DNA of 64,000 nucleotides from Candidatus Bathyarchaeota archaeon (GTDB lineage Archaea > Thermoproteota > Bathyarchaeia > Bathyarchaeales > Bathycorpusculaceae): NCBI GenBank assembly GCA_963827165.1, contig CAWGZR010000010.1:288001-352000 (forward strand), read 5' to 3'. Position numbers and translations under genes: made by a program. The first letter of the stretch is position 1. Every line of letters starts with the position of its first letter. Shown here piece after piece: positions 50,364 through 61,084 of this stretch. The notes beneath the pieces were generated by a model. The model was given only the letters and a program-made list of their open reading frames with translations, was not told the DNA's origin and made no database searches.

Positions 50364-52359
50364 CTATTTTCTTGTTTTACAGCTTTTGCATAATAATGGG
50401 AAACTAAGTACGGCAACAATAAAAGGTATAATGACAGCGAAGAACACTGGCACAAAATAGTAGCCTGAAGTCTTCTCCGCAAGCACCATATGATTAAGTC
50501 TAATTGTTAAACCGTAGTTCCCATCGTTGAATTTTCCGAAGGAAATAGAATTTGGAGTAGCTGAAGTGAATGAATAATTTCTAAACTGCAAAATACTGTT
50601 TTCAGAGGTAGTCAATAGGGTTAAGTCAAGTTCACTTGAATTTAAAGGCAGTTCTATCGTAGTTCCTGATTGGTTAGTTAAGAAAAAAGATTTGTTCACT
50701 TGTGTTTGAGCCAATGAAGTATTTGAATAATCGCCTATTGTCACATTTATTCCAAGTGCTATATTATTTGTTTTCAACAATTCATATTGGCCAGGATGGT
50801 TTGCTTGAAGATTAAAAGTAAGACTAATGTTCAGATTCTGCGAATTTAAAGAGCGCTGAAACATTATTGGTTCAGACTGGTTGTAGAATACAACCGAGCT
50901 AGCAGCTATCAGGTAAGTAAGTTTCATTGGTGCGGCATCGAAAGCTGTATAAGTTGGGAAAAGGTCCAAAGGAAAATTCTGCTTGTCGGAAACAACAATC
51001 GGTTGAGAATACAATTCGTTAAAGGCAAAACCTCCAAGCATCGTTAACACAATTGCCATTGCCAAGATCACATTCTTCCTCCGGGTAACACCAAGATTCA
51101 AGCGATGCAAAGTCACAAGTGCGCTTTCATTTAGAGACTTTGCCGTCATTTGCACTCTATTAAATCTAGCAAGACAAAAGATTGCCGTAAATATTATGGA
51201 TCCAAGCAGGGCCAAATTAAAGATAACTAACCATGATGATAAGCCTGCAAAGTCGGTATAAATACGATGTTTTCATGAAATATCGGATATGCAAAGTAAA
51301 ATGGTCCTGCCTGCACACCATTTCCTATGATCAGATTTATGAAAAATAAGGCAACGTAAGTCGGTAAACTGGATAATAGTAATTTCTTGGTGACCGAAAG
51401 TTTGGATTTTGACGTTATGGCGAGAAAAACGCCAATCGGATAAAGCCACAAGAAGTAATCGGGCAAGGGCACTACAGATGTGTAAATGAGACAGTAGTAA
51501 GATGAAGAACATTGCTGCGGATTCTGCATATTTTCAGCATTCGGAACAAAACCGGTATGGCTATTCCAAGTAGACCCAGAAAAACGATATAATAGATTTG
51601 CGGAATTGTAAACCAGTACTGTAAGCCTTCCACGCCTGAATTATTGATAACCGACCCAGATAGAGCGCCGACATAATTGAACAGCCCACCCCTGAAAAAT
51701 ATTAACTCGACCACGAATAAAGCCGCACTTTCAGCTACAGCTACTAAAAGAGCAGAAAACTTTTGCTTTAATGTAGTCGACTCGTAAATGATAAGAACGG
51801 GTATTAATATTAGCGAATACCGATAAATGAAGGCACTAATCATAATCGGGAAGAACCCAATCAAGTACCGCTTTATTGAGCTTGTTCCAAAATCGACATA
51901 CCTTAGCAGAAAATAGCCCATTGTAAAGAAAAAGACCGGCAAAATATCGACCTGCGCCCAAATGTAATTAATATAGAGGATCCCGGGGTTTAGAAGAGAA
52001 AATATTAACACAGCATCAGCGTAAGATGGCTTTACCTTTTGAGTAATACGATAGAGCAGAAATGCCGTAAGAAGAGTAAAGAAGAAAAGAATTAGCTTCA
52101 ACACAACAACTGAAGCATATAGGTTGTAAGAGGAAAAAATATACGAAAAAAACATTGGGACAAAGAACATAAACGAAAAAAAGCCGCCAGGCCAAGGATT
52201 ATTAGCCATTGGGGGAACTGAACTTGTTATACTTCCACCCAGCGAAATCCAGCTCCTCATATTTGAGGAGTCATAAGCCGGAAGAAATACTAGTGCGATG
52301 TTGACTGCAATGGCCACGAACAATAGGGCAATAGTTCTGTTTTTCGTGGAGACATTCAC
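50364..52359 (-). CDS. Multi-pass membrane protein (possible GT-C fold), split into 3 ORFs by frameshifts
   Basis: Adjacent hydrophobic ORFs 51472..52359, 51227..51529 and 50364..51215; LLNPG..YI..IWAQVD motif. Confidence 0.6.
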
Positions 52360-53264
52360 CCTTTATAAAAAGTCGATATTTCCTTTCTTAAGATTCTGGG
52401 CAGGACTAGATGGTGAACCAAAATCAGAAACAATCGGAATCCCAAATTCTTTATTCCTGAATGCTTCATTGACCATAATGCATTTGTCTTTTGATTGCTG
52501 TAACGTGAAAGCGAATACACAGAATAAGAAGTAGACAAAGTATTTGATTTATTCAGTCTAAGACTCAATAGAGAAGATGATTTGATATAGGTATTTATCA
52601 ATTTGTTTCGAAGATTGTGATTATCTAAAGAGCGCCCGAATGCTTGAAAAACCAGTACTATGTTTAATCTAATTACTAAATTGCCACTCTGTTTGACCCT
52701 ACGAGTAAACTTGTAATCAGCCCAATCAACAAAGAAATCAGGATTATATCCACCAGAATGATTAAAAACGTCCACATTTGTAAAAATGCCAGATGTGATG
52801 ACTGAGGCAATAGTGGAATAATCGCCTTTCAAGCCAATTCTTGAGTCAAGGTACGCAGAATCGTTAGTCACAATTGGAGCTAGTATTCCGACTGGCGTCT
52901 TATGCGCCTTTAGTTCTTGCCATGATTCTTTTGCTATGCTTATCCAACGAGGATCAAATTGAGCGTCATCATCAAAAAAATAAAGCCAAAATACACCAAG
53001 ATTTTGTGCCAATGCTACCGCTTTATTGTAAGCTTTCGAAATTCCCAAGTTAGTGTCATTTTTCAAAAAAAAGAATTTAGGATGCTTGCTACAGAAATCA
53101 GACAAATAAAGAATAGTATCAGAATCCGAACTATTATCACAAATAATCACGTGATCAACAAGTTCTGCTGCCTGCTCGAAAATTTTCAAATTGGGAATCT
53201 TATTATAGGTTATGGTTATGATAGCACTTTTGGTTGAAATAGCAGGTTTTATATTTGCGGGCAA
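52356..53264 (-). CDS. GT2 glycosyltransferase (rhamnosyltransferase-like)
   Basis: ICDNSS, NLGISKAYN, FFDDD, ITSG, FFVDWAD. Confidence 0.85.
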   Translation of the reverse strand: MPANIKPAISTKSAIITITYNKIPNLKIFEQAAELVDHVIICDNSSDSDTILYLSDFCSKHPKFFFLKNDTNLGISKAYNKAVALAQNLGVFWLYFFDDDAQFDPRWISIAKESWQELKAHKTPVGILAPIVTNDSAYLDSRIGLKGDYSTIASVITSGIFTNVDVFNHSGGYNPDFFVDWADYKFTRRVKQSGNLVIRLNIVLVFQAFGRSLDNHNLRNKLINTYIKSSSLLSLRLNKSNTLSTSYSVYSLSRYSNQKTNALWSMKHSGIKNLGFRLFLILVHHLVLPRILRKEISTFYKG

Positions 53265-53279
53265 GTATCACTCCTCCTT

Positions 53280-54349
53280 TTATGACAATAGTCTTCTCAA
53301 TATTCCTAACCGTATGAGAAATCAAGAAATACAATATATAAAGTCGACTTGATTATTTCTGTAAGCCGCCGCTGAGTTCTTCGCCGAAAAGCCCAAAAAC
53401 CAATGCGGGCTAGAACTACCTGAGTATAGAGTATACCTGAGTACCGAATATAGTGGCAAGAAGGGGTAGCGCTAAGGAGCCGCGAATTAAGAGTTCAAAA
53501 GAACATAAGATTGCGATAATGGTCTCTGCTAATACGAATAAGATCCTAAAGATTTTTTCTTTAAAATAGCTCGTAGATAATAATGCACCTTTGTCGGAAT
53601 ACCTCCAAGCATCAACAGTAGACTTTCCATACAAGAATTCTTTCTTGAAGAAAAAATCGAAATCATTGGGGTCGCTACGTCCAATCTCACAAGCTGTGGC
53701 ATTGCTTGTAATTAGTCTTCGGCTCCTTCTTACGATAGATGATAGTATAATGTCTTGTGCTGTGTTAGTGTCAACGGAACCTGTAGCAAACAATTCTTCC
53801 AGAACTTGTTTATTCAGAAGATCAGCTTTTGTAAATGTGACTTCTGCATCCATAATATCATTGGAAAAACAATTATCGATCATTTCATCGTGATCAATGA
53901 TTTCAAGGTTAGAAATTCTTCTCTTGTAAAAAATATATTTCTTGTAACTGGTTCCAACATCAATAAACAACCTGGAAGTGATGACGCTGGCGGGGCAAGA
54001 TTGGAGGAGTTCCGCCAAGCTTTTAACGTAATCTCGACTAAGAGGGATAATATCCTGTTCTAAAATGAGTATGTTTTCAAAATGACAATATTGGATATTC
54101 TCTTTGATCGAAAAATAAAGGCCAAGACGTTTTTCATTTTGCTTATACTGAAAAGGAAATTTAATTGTTGCAACATAATCCTTTATGCTTGTAAAGAAAT
54201 CGTCACCATCGTTAGCTACTATAATTTCAAAATTGTCACAGGTTTGGCGTAGATAGCGCTGTGAGAATTTGCTTGATATCGTCCATATCAGGATGATACG
54301 CAAGAATAAGAATGGAGATTCCATTTTGCGTTTTACATGCTTCGCTCAT
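53280..54349 (-). CDS. GT2 glycosyltransferase, frameshifted at both ends
   Basis: Reconstructed MSE..ISILILAY...QTCDNFEIIVANDG; ILEQD; C-terminal TM segments. Confidence 0.65.
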
Positions 54350-54682
54350 TACTGAATCGTCTACCGTTGTTACTCAAATTCAAAGTCATGGGTAATGTCA
54401 TCCTTTCATCTTTCTAATAAATTCTTGTATAAAAAACTAAGAATAGCTACCTTTTTAAGACCAACAGGCAATGATCAAATCAAGAAAAAATTCATCAATA
54501 GATAATTAAAAAGTTGGAATAAAAAGGATTTTATTAAATTCCTTAAGACCTAATAGATTCTACGAATTACGGAGTTTTCTACCGATTGAGTCGGGTTGGT
54601 TTTACTCGCAAATATTTTTAGGACTTCTTAAATATATGATGGCAGAGAAATTGTTCAAACGAATTAGCAAGAAACGACTTTG

Positions 54683-55546
54683 TTAAGTTTTCGAACAAGA
54701 GTAGAAAAATTTGGCGAATTCTTGATATAATCTTGATTCAAGCAGGTGTTTCATTGGACTATAATAAAGTCTTAGCCTGAAAAGCGAAAAAGACATAATA
54801 AAAGTCTGTTTTATGAGATTTCTTGATAACTTTCCACCGTCTTTATCAATCCAAGCTATGCCGACCTCTTTTGTTTTGAAACCATGGCGAGCCGCTGAAT
54901 AGATAAGATTTACGTCGAATACGAAGTCGGTGATAAGTAAGTCGCCATTTACTGCATTTACAAGATCTTTTGAAAAGACTTTCAATCCACATTGTGAATC
55001 TTTTATATCGTGAAGTCGCCAAAATAGCAGTTTCGTCAAAACGTTAAATGATCTACCGAATAGGAAACGTTTGAAAGGTCGTCTGTAAGGCAAGACAGAA
55101 CTTTTCTTATATCTAGAACCAATTACCAAATCGTATTGATCGGCAAACTTCATTAATCTATTCAATTCGCTCAATGGGACAGACCCATCAGCATCAATAA
55201 ATGCAATCAAATCTCCTTGGGCATACTTCAAAGCTTCAATAATTGCGCCGCCCTTTCCCAATCTGTTTGGAAGAACTATTGCTATAATTCCAAGGCGGTT
55301 TTTAATCAAGGCTTTAACAGCCTCAGGCGTCCCATCTTGACAGCCATCCATTATTATCAATAATTCAAAGTTTTTAGCAAAACTGAATTGATAATCGAGT
55401 GCGAACATCAGATTCTTCAATGTTGACTCGATTCTTCCCACTTCATTGTATGCAGGAATCACCAAGGAAAACTCAGGTTTGTCTTCCAACATAATAGTTT
55501 CCAACATATTAGACAACTTCTCCAGGGTGGTTCCCATAATGGGCAA
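54683..55546 (-). CDS. Dolichyl-phosphate hexosyltransferase-like GT2
   Basis: SLVIPAYNE, DGCQDGT, GKGGA, FIDADGS, IGSRY, DSQCGLK. Confidence 0.9.
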   Translation of the reverse strand: MPIMGTTLEKLSNMLETIMLEDKPEFSLVIPAYNEVGRIESTLKNLMFALDYQFSFAKNFELLIIMDGCQDGTPEAVKALIKNRLGIIAIVLPNRLGKGGAIIEALKYAQGDLIAFIDADGSVPLSELNRLMKFADQYDLVIGSRYKKSSVLPYRRPFKRFLFGRSFNVLTKLLFWRLHDIKDSQCGLKVFSKDLVNAVNGDLLITDFVFDVNLIYSAARHGFKTKEVGIAWIDKDGGKLSRNLIKQTFIMSFSLFRLRLYYSPMKHLLESRLYQEFAKFFYSCSKT

Positions 55547-55786
55547 TTAAACATGCTCTTGTAAGTTGAGTACGCTTTGACGATCCATACGAACAAAGCA
55601 TAGACATAACATTTTGCTGAACCTTATTCCTAAAGACAGCAATTTCAAACTGATGTGACTTCTCGGACATTACTGCTTCTAAACCCATTGAACTATCATA
55701 ACATCCGATTTTGGTATTTAATACTTGTGCACAAAGGCAGATACACACAGGTTGAACGTCAATGTTATACTAGTGCTGACAAGTCA

Positions 55787-57303
55787 TCAAGTTGGATTAT
55801 AGCGATAAATTGCGATGTCTCCGCTTCGGTACAATTGATGAAACGCTGGAGACACTGTTGATTGTCCATACCATCCGTGGCCATTTACCCACCAAATTAG
55901 ATATATTTGTGAGTAACCTTCATTGGCAAAAGTACTTGCAATAGTATTGGGATTATCGAATCCGTAGTCTTTGACCCGAATGTCATTGAGTGCCAACAAT
56001 GCCCAACCGTAAAAAGCTGTATGAGTAAGCAAAAGTGCGCTGCTGTTCACATTGTCTTTAAACCATTGAATCGCGTTGACTGTGCTTGGACAGTCCGTAA
56101 GCGGAACGGTATTCTGCATCATGGAAGACGGAATTTGGTTGACGAATGCGTTGATTTGTGCTGGATTAAAGTATGCGAAGGGCTGTTCGGATGCATTGAA
56201 TACAAAACCGAAACTCAATATCGCCGTTGATAAGACAAGGTACACAACTGCGATTCTTTGTAAATTTAGCCTCCAATGCGTCCAATTTAATTTCTTGAGC
56301 CAGCTCAATGCTTCCGTAGTAAAGAAAGCAAACGGATAAACAAGCATTAACTCCCAGCGGAAAGGACTTACCGATGTCGTTGGAATCAACATTAGAATGA
56401 GACTAAAGACAAACCAAGATCTAAGCTGTAGATTTCTTAGTTTCTTGAGACCTATCATTGCCAAGGGTAACAAGAGCACGAAACAAAAGAAGAAAAAACC
56501 TGCTTCATTGATCAACATTGACGGATAAGATGCAAAACCGGTCCACGTTGCAAAGGATGCCACAGAATTCGAGTAAAGCGGGGAGTTGCCAAGCGAAATA
56601 TAGCCTGTGTAAAAGACAAGAAAATAAACCGCAGCAGGCAACAAAGTCACAATTAGACTAACCGCTTGACGGTATCTCTTATGGAAAAGTTCAGGAATGA
56701 GGGTGAATATTACAATGCCTAACATTATTACAGCCCCAACCTGATCCGACAAAACCACGGCGAGCATAGCTAATGAGAGTAACACATAATTTCTCCATGA
56801 ACCGCGTTTTCGTCTTACAATTAAAATGAACACGATAAAAAGGAAAACCAAGCTAAGCTCTTCTCGAAGTTGATCCCAAGAGGTTCTTAAAGCAACAAAA
56901 TAAATTGTTCCTAAAAAGGCGACAAACGTGCTCTTGAGATACGACCAACGCAAACTTGTCTTGGCAAAAGCAAAAATCGATATTGACAAGAAAGCGAGAA
57001 GTATTGGAGAAATTATCTTAATTAAAAGAACCGGTGAGCCGCTTGCACTGACTAATGGCACATAGATGGCGTAGAAGAGCGGTGCTGTTGCAAAGAAGCT
57101 CCAGAGATTAACGCCGTGATGTAGCCATAGAAGAGCTATTCGGAACATAATACCCGATCGTGTCGAATCCGACTGAGTAAGGGCCCATTAAAATCTCGGG
57201 AATAATTCTGACAATCAAGGGAGCAGCAAATGCAAGCAAAGGGAATATAACATGCTCGATGATTATTTATCCAATCTTTTGTTGAATTAGCAACCCTAGT
57301 CAC
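55787..57303 (-). CDS. Multi-pass membrane protein (possible GT-C), 5' part frameshifted
   Basis: 453-aa hydrophobic ORF plus upstream VRIIPEILMGPYSVGFDTIGYYVP in another frame. Confidence 0.65.
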
Positions 57304-57426
57304 TTTTTATTCTCCAAGTGCCCAAAGTACAGATATATACATATTAAACTTTGATTGCGAACCTAAATGTTTTGCGCAATCAAATTAAGAGATAATTTTT
57401 TCAAGAGATCTTAAGACAATTTAGGA

Positions 57427-58923
57427 TCAATTGTTCGGATTGTTCAATATGTAGTAAAGGGCGGCATCAAGAATCAAGCTATTCGTGTCGCTGCCAGGGT
57501 TCCCAGCGTCTAAATTCCGCCTGTATCCATGCCGTCATAGTAGCCGTTTGTTGGTGTAGGGAGGGCTTGCTCGAGAGCGATAACCATGTTTAGGGCGTAT
57601 GTTGTGTTGTAGAGGGCTAGAAAGCCAAAGGCTGCTTTGTAGAATATAACTGGGTTCATTCCGTCGAAATAGAATTGGGTTGCGTTCGTTATTTGCCATG
57701 TGCTCCCATTTGGTGCAACTATCCACTCGTACACGTAGCCGTTACCTGGGCTGCTTCCTTCGCTCCAAGCCGCATAATGACCCTGTAGCATCGTAATAAT
57801 GCTTCTTGGGCCTGGATACACATTCTTTCATTAGACCCGTTAATCTAGTGTCGTTATTATTAGTTCAAAAACTGATAAGAGAAGCGGTTCACAAGTCAAT
57901 GGCGCGTACGGGCAATGTGACATCGTAGGTTGAAACTGTTGCGAGATTTAACTAGGTTAGCCATTATCTGGCTTGGAATATTGCCAAGTTGCTTGGGCCA
58001 AAAGCTTGCAAAACCGCTGGCGGTATAAAATGCGTAAGGATCATTTGAGCTTGCCATGTTTTCGATTATTGGCAACAAAGAAGCATAGTTTGATCGTTCC
58101 GTGATCAGAACAATGTTGTCTACACGCTGGGTCAAACTAGAATTATAAACTCTAAGATTGTTGAGTGCTACAAGCAGCTTTCCCGTGTCAACAACATCAA
58201 CGCTGTTTGAGGCGTAAGTTGAATTTTCCTGGTAGCCTTGCCCATTGGTTGCGTCGTAGAACCAGAAAGGCCAATTAGTGGTGGCGTTAAGAGGTCGATT
58301 TTCCAAGAATGTTAAGACCATGTTCATCCTGTTAGAAAAATCCCAAGTTCCGTTGCAATTATACCTATTTCCTGCGCGTCAATGACAGCTTGGATGTAGG
58401 CGCCTAAATCCCAGTCAGTAAAAGCTGGAAAACCCGTTCCTCCAGCATAAGGCAGCCCAGTTTTGCTATCGACACCTACGCCCGGCTGGAAGAAAGCCCA
58501 AGCTCTTTGAGCGACTTCTTTCCAAACGGTGCTGTTCATTGAACCTGCGCTTTCCACTATTCCCGGGGGCCTAACTGGAATTTTTATTTGTGTTGGGGAT
58601 GGGCTTATTCCAGGTATTAATCCCCCTATGTTGGGCAACGGAGAGCCTTCGATTTTCGGATGAGGGGTTGGCGATGGCGTGGGTGAGTTGGTACTTTTTG
58701 GAAGAACGACGTTTGCTTTGTCGTTGTCTGCCCATGATAGGAACGCAAAAGATGAAATCAAAATTATAGCTATTATCGCCAGCGCAAGGACAATTCGTCT
58801 TTTATGATTGATGTGCCAATTAACCGTTCTTGCGAAACCTTTTTTCGGCTCTGCCTCAAGAGATGCCTCTAAAGAAACATGTATACGCTGAAGAATAGAG
58901 TTAAATTTTGTTTTGTTTGCCAA
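57427..58923 (-). CDS. Membrane-anchored DUF3131-like protein, split by several frameshifts
   Basis: TM helix + Pro/Thr/Ser linker; AWAFFQPG..TGLP..TDWDLGAYI, DTGKLLVAL, KAAF, TNSLIL across 3-4 frames. Confidence 0.65.
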
Positions 58924-59471
58924 TTTTTAATTCATCACGACAAGATTCTGCTGTTTTTGGTAAGTTATAACTCCCTTCATGAGCAAACCACATTGCATGG
59001 GCAGCCAATGGCATTGTAGGGTTCACGTTTAATTTAAGATTATAGGTGGAAAATGGTTTTTGTTCTACATTATTTTCAATTGAATTCGCTTATTTTGATG
59101 TATCTTAAGCGTGCGGTTTGGTCAGACTTGGGGTTATGAAGCTACTGTGCGATTAAGGGTTTTTCAATCATCAGCCGAGTCTTTTTAGATTAAACTTAAT
59201 ATTACAAATAAAATATTTCACCGACAACTTTTCAGATTTCCTTTACTGGTGTTGACTTTTTCCGGACTTGATTAGACTCAACCTGCAATGAGTCCAAGCC
59301 CCGAACCAAGAAAGCAACTCAAAACACAAACAAAAACTTTCTGCACCAAAAAATCTTGAAGCGCAGCAAAAAAGGACTTTTGTCGGTTTTCTTTGATTTC
59401 CATTTAGCAATTGGAATGCTTTCACTTTTTAGGTTATTGTAGATTTTTAGGTTTCTGTCAGTTTTGATGGG

Positions 59472-59581
59472 GGACTTTAGTGGACTTTAATGGACGGTAA
59501 AGGACGGCTATGGACTTTAAAGGACGGTAAAGCACGGTAAAGGACGGTAAACGACTTTAGTAGACTTTAAAGGACGGATGT
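59472..59581. repeat. Tandem array of 11 x 10-bp units (GGACTTTAAW / GGACGGTAAA variants)
   Basis: ggactttagt ggactttaat ggacggtaaa ggacggctat ggactttaaa ggacggtaaa gcacggtaaa ggacggtaaa cgactttagt agactttaaa ggacggatgt. Confidence 0.95.
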
Positions 59582-59660
59582 TGAAGACAATTCAAGCTTA
59601 TCCACAAAAAAGCAACCCAAAACACAAAGAAAAAATTTGCCACACCTCTGCAAACTGCGA

Positions 59661-60287
59661 CTAGGGCTCAGCCATGAACTCGATGAAGTCTTTTAGGCTT
59701 CTGGGCTGCAGGGTGTAGTTAGTTTTTCTTTCCTGCCCGATTGTTGAGGAAGCTGTTGCGCCGTAATCGTGTCCAGGGTAAACTTCGACAGCGTCGTCTA
59801 GTTTTAGGAGCTTGCCAAAGAGGCTGTTGTACATGCTTTTTGAGCTGCCGCCGGGGAAGTCTGTTCTTCCGCATTCGCCGACAAACAGGGTGTCGCCGGT
59901 CAGAAGTTTTGTGCTATCCACCAGCAGGCAGATGCTGTCGGCGGTATGTCCAGGAGTATAAATCACACTGATAGGGATCTCGCCAACCCTCAAAATGTCT
60001 CCATCTTCAACGCCGACATCAAAGTTGACTTTCGACAGCTTGTAGGCAACGATTTTAGGGTGAAACATCGAGGTTAACTCTGCGTTTCCAGCGGTGTGGT
60101 CGGAGTGCCCGTGCGTGTTTATGACGTATTTTAAGTTGAATTCTTTTGTCTCCAGAACCTTGATGATTTCGCCGGCGTTAAAACTTGAATCAACAACCGC
60201 CGCTTCCTTCGTTGCCTCGTCTGCCACTATGTAGGAGAAGTTGTCGCTGTGCTGCTGGATTTGTTTGAAAAACATTTTTGCAACCAA
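59661..60287 (-). CDS. MBL-fold metallo-hydrolase (glyoxalase II-like)
   Basis: THGHSDH, TPGHT, TGDTLF, PGHDY. Confidence 0.92.
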   Translation of the reverse strand: MVAKMFFKQIQQHSDNFSYIVADEATKEAAVVDSSFNAGEIIKVLETKEFNLKYVINTHGHSDHTAGNAELTSMFHPKIVAYKLSKVNFDVGVEDGDILRVGEIPISVIYTPGHTADSICLLVDSTKLLTGDTLFVGECGRTDFPGGSSKSMYNSLFGKLLKLDDAVEVYPGHDYGATASSTIGQERKTNYTLQPRSLKDFIEFMAEP

Positions 60288-60330
60288 AAAAAGAATCAGA
60301 CAAGAGGCTTTTGTTCTTTTCGTTCAAGTT

Positions 60331-61083
60331 CTAAGAAGTCTGCGATAGCAAACTCGAAAGAGAGATCACATCCGAAGGAGGATAACCCGAATAGTATTTC
60401 CCGAAATAGCCAAAAACCTCCGTTTCCCGGCTCAGAAATGGCTTCAACCTGTCCGCCAAAACCGTTAGATTCGGCAACGTGTCGGTTTCGATTTTTCCCA
60501 GCAGCCCGTTAACTTTTTTTCGGTCCCCTTCCAACCGCACGTACAAAAAATCCGAGGTCACCTCTGCGGCCAGAGGCATATTGGGGCTATCAACCCATGC
60601 TAAAGCCGCTTTGTTAGCTCGCAGTAGAGCGTACAAATCCATGGTTAGCCAAGCTTTGTTTCTCACTTCGACGACGTAACGGTTTCTTTGGGGAAGTCTC
60701 TGTAGGTACGTAGCTAAGTCATTTATGCGGTCGACGCTGAAGTTTGGTGGAAACTGCATAAGCAGGCATCCGAGTTTTTCGCCGAGGAGTTTTGCCCTTT
60801 CGAGAAAAAAGTCGGTTTCTCTTATGCAGTCCCTGAGCATTTTGATGTGGGTGATGACGTTTGGGAATTTGAGTGAGAACTTGAAGTTTTCGGGGGTTTG
60901 ATTTTTCCAGTTGATGATCGCCTGCGCGGTTGGGACTCGGTAAAATGTGTTGTCAACTTCCACGGTGTCAAATCGGGTCGAGTAGTAAGTTAAGAAGTCT
61001 TTTGACGCGGTTTTTTCTGGGTAGAAATTGCCTTTCCAAAAGTTGTAGCTCCAGCCGATTGTGCCTAAATGGAGGTTTTGCAT
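60331..61083 (-). CDS. DUF72 family protein
   Basis: GT.GWSY..W.G.FYP, VEVDNTFY, QFPP, VEVRN, YVRL.G. Confidence 0.92.
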   Translation of the reverse strand: MQNLHLGTIGWSYNFWKGNFYPEKTASKDFLTYYSTRFDTVEVDNTFYRVPTAQAIINWKNQTPENFKFSLKFPNVITHIKMLRDCIRETDFFLERAKLLGEKLGCLLMQFPPNFSVDRINDLATYLQRLPQRNRYVVEVRNKAWLTMDLYALLRANKAALAWVDSPNMPLAAEVTSDFLYVRLEGDRKKVNGLLGKIETDTLPNLTVLADRLKPFLSRETEVFGYFGKYYSGYPPSDVISLSSLLSQTS

Positions 61084-61084
61084 G

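Noticed and set aside
55509-55748. Possible small winged-helix regulator
   Set aside because: Similarity too weak to support from the sequence alone
59472-59581. CRISPR array
   Set aside because: Units are 10 bp, contiguous and lack spacers; no cas genes in the window
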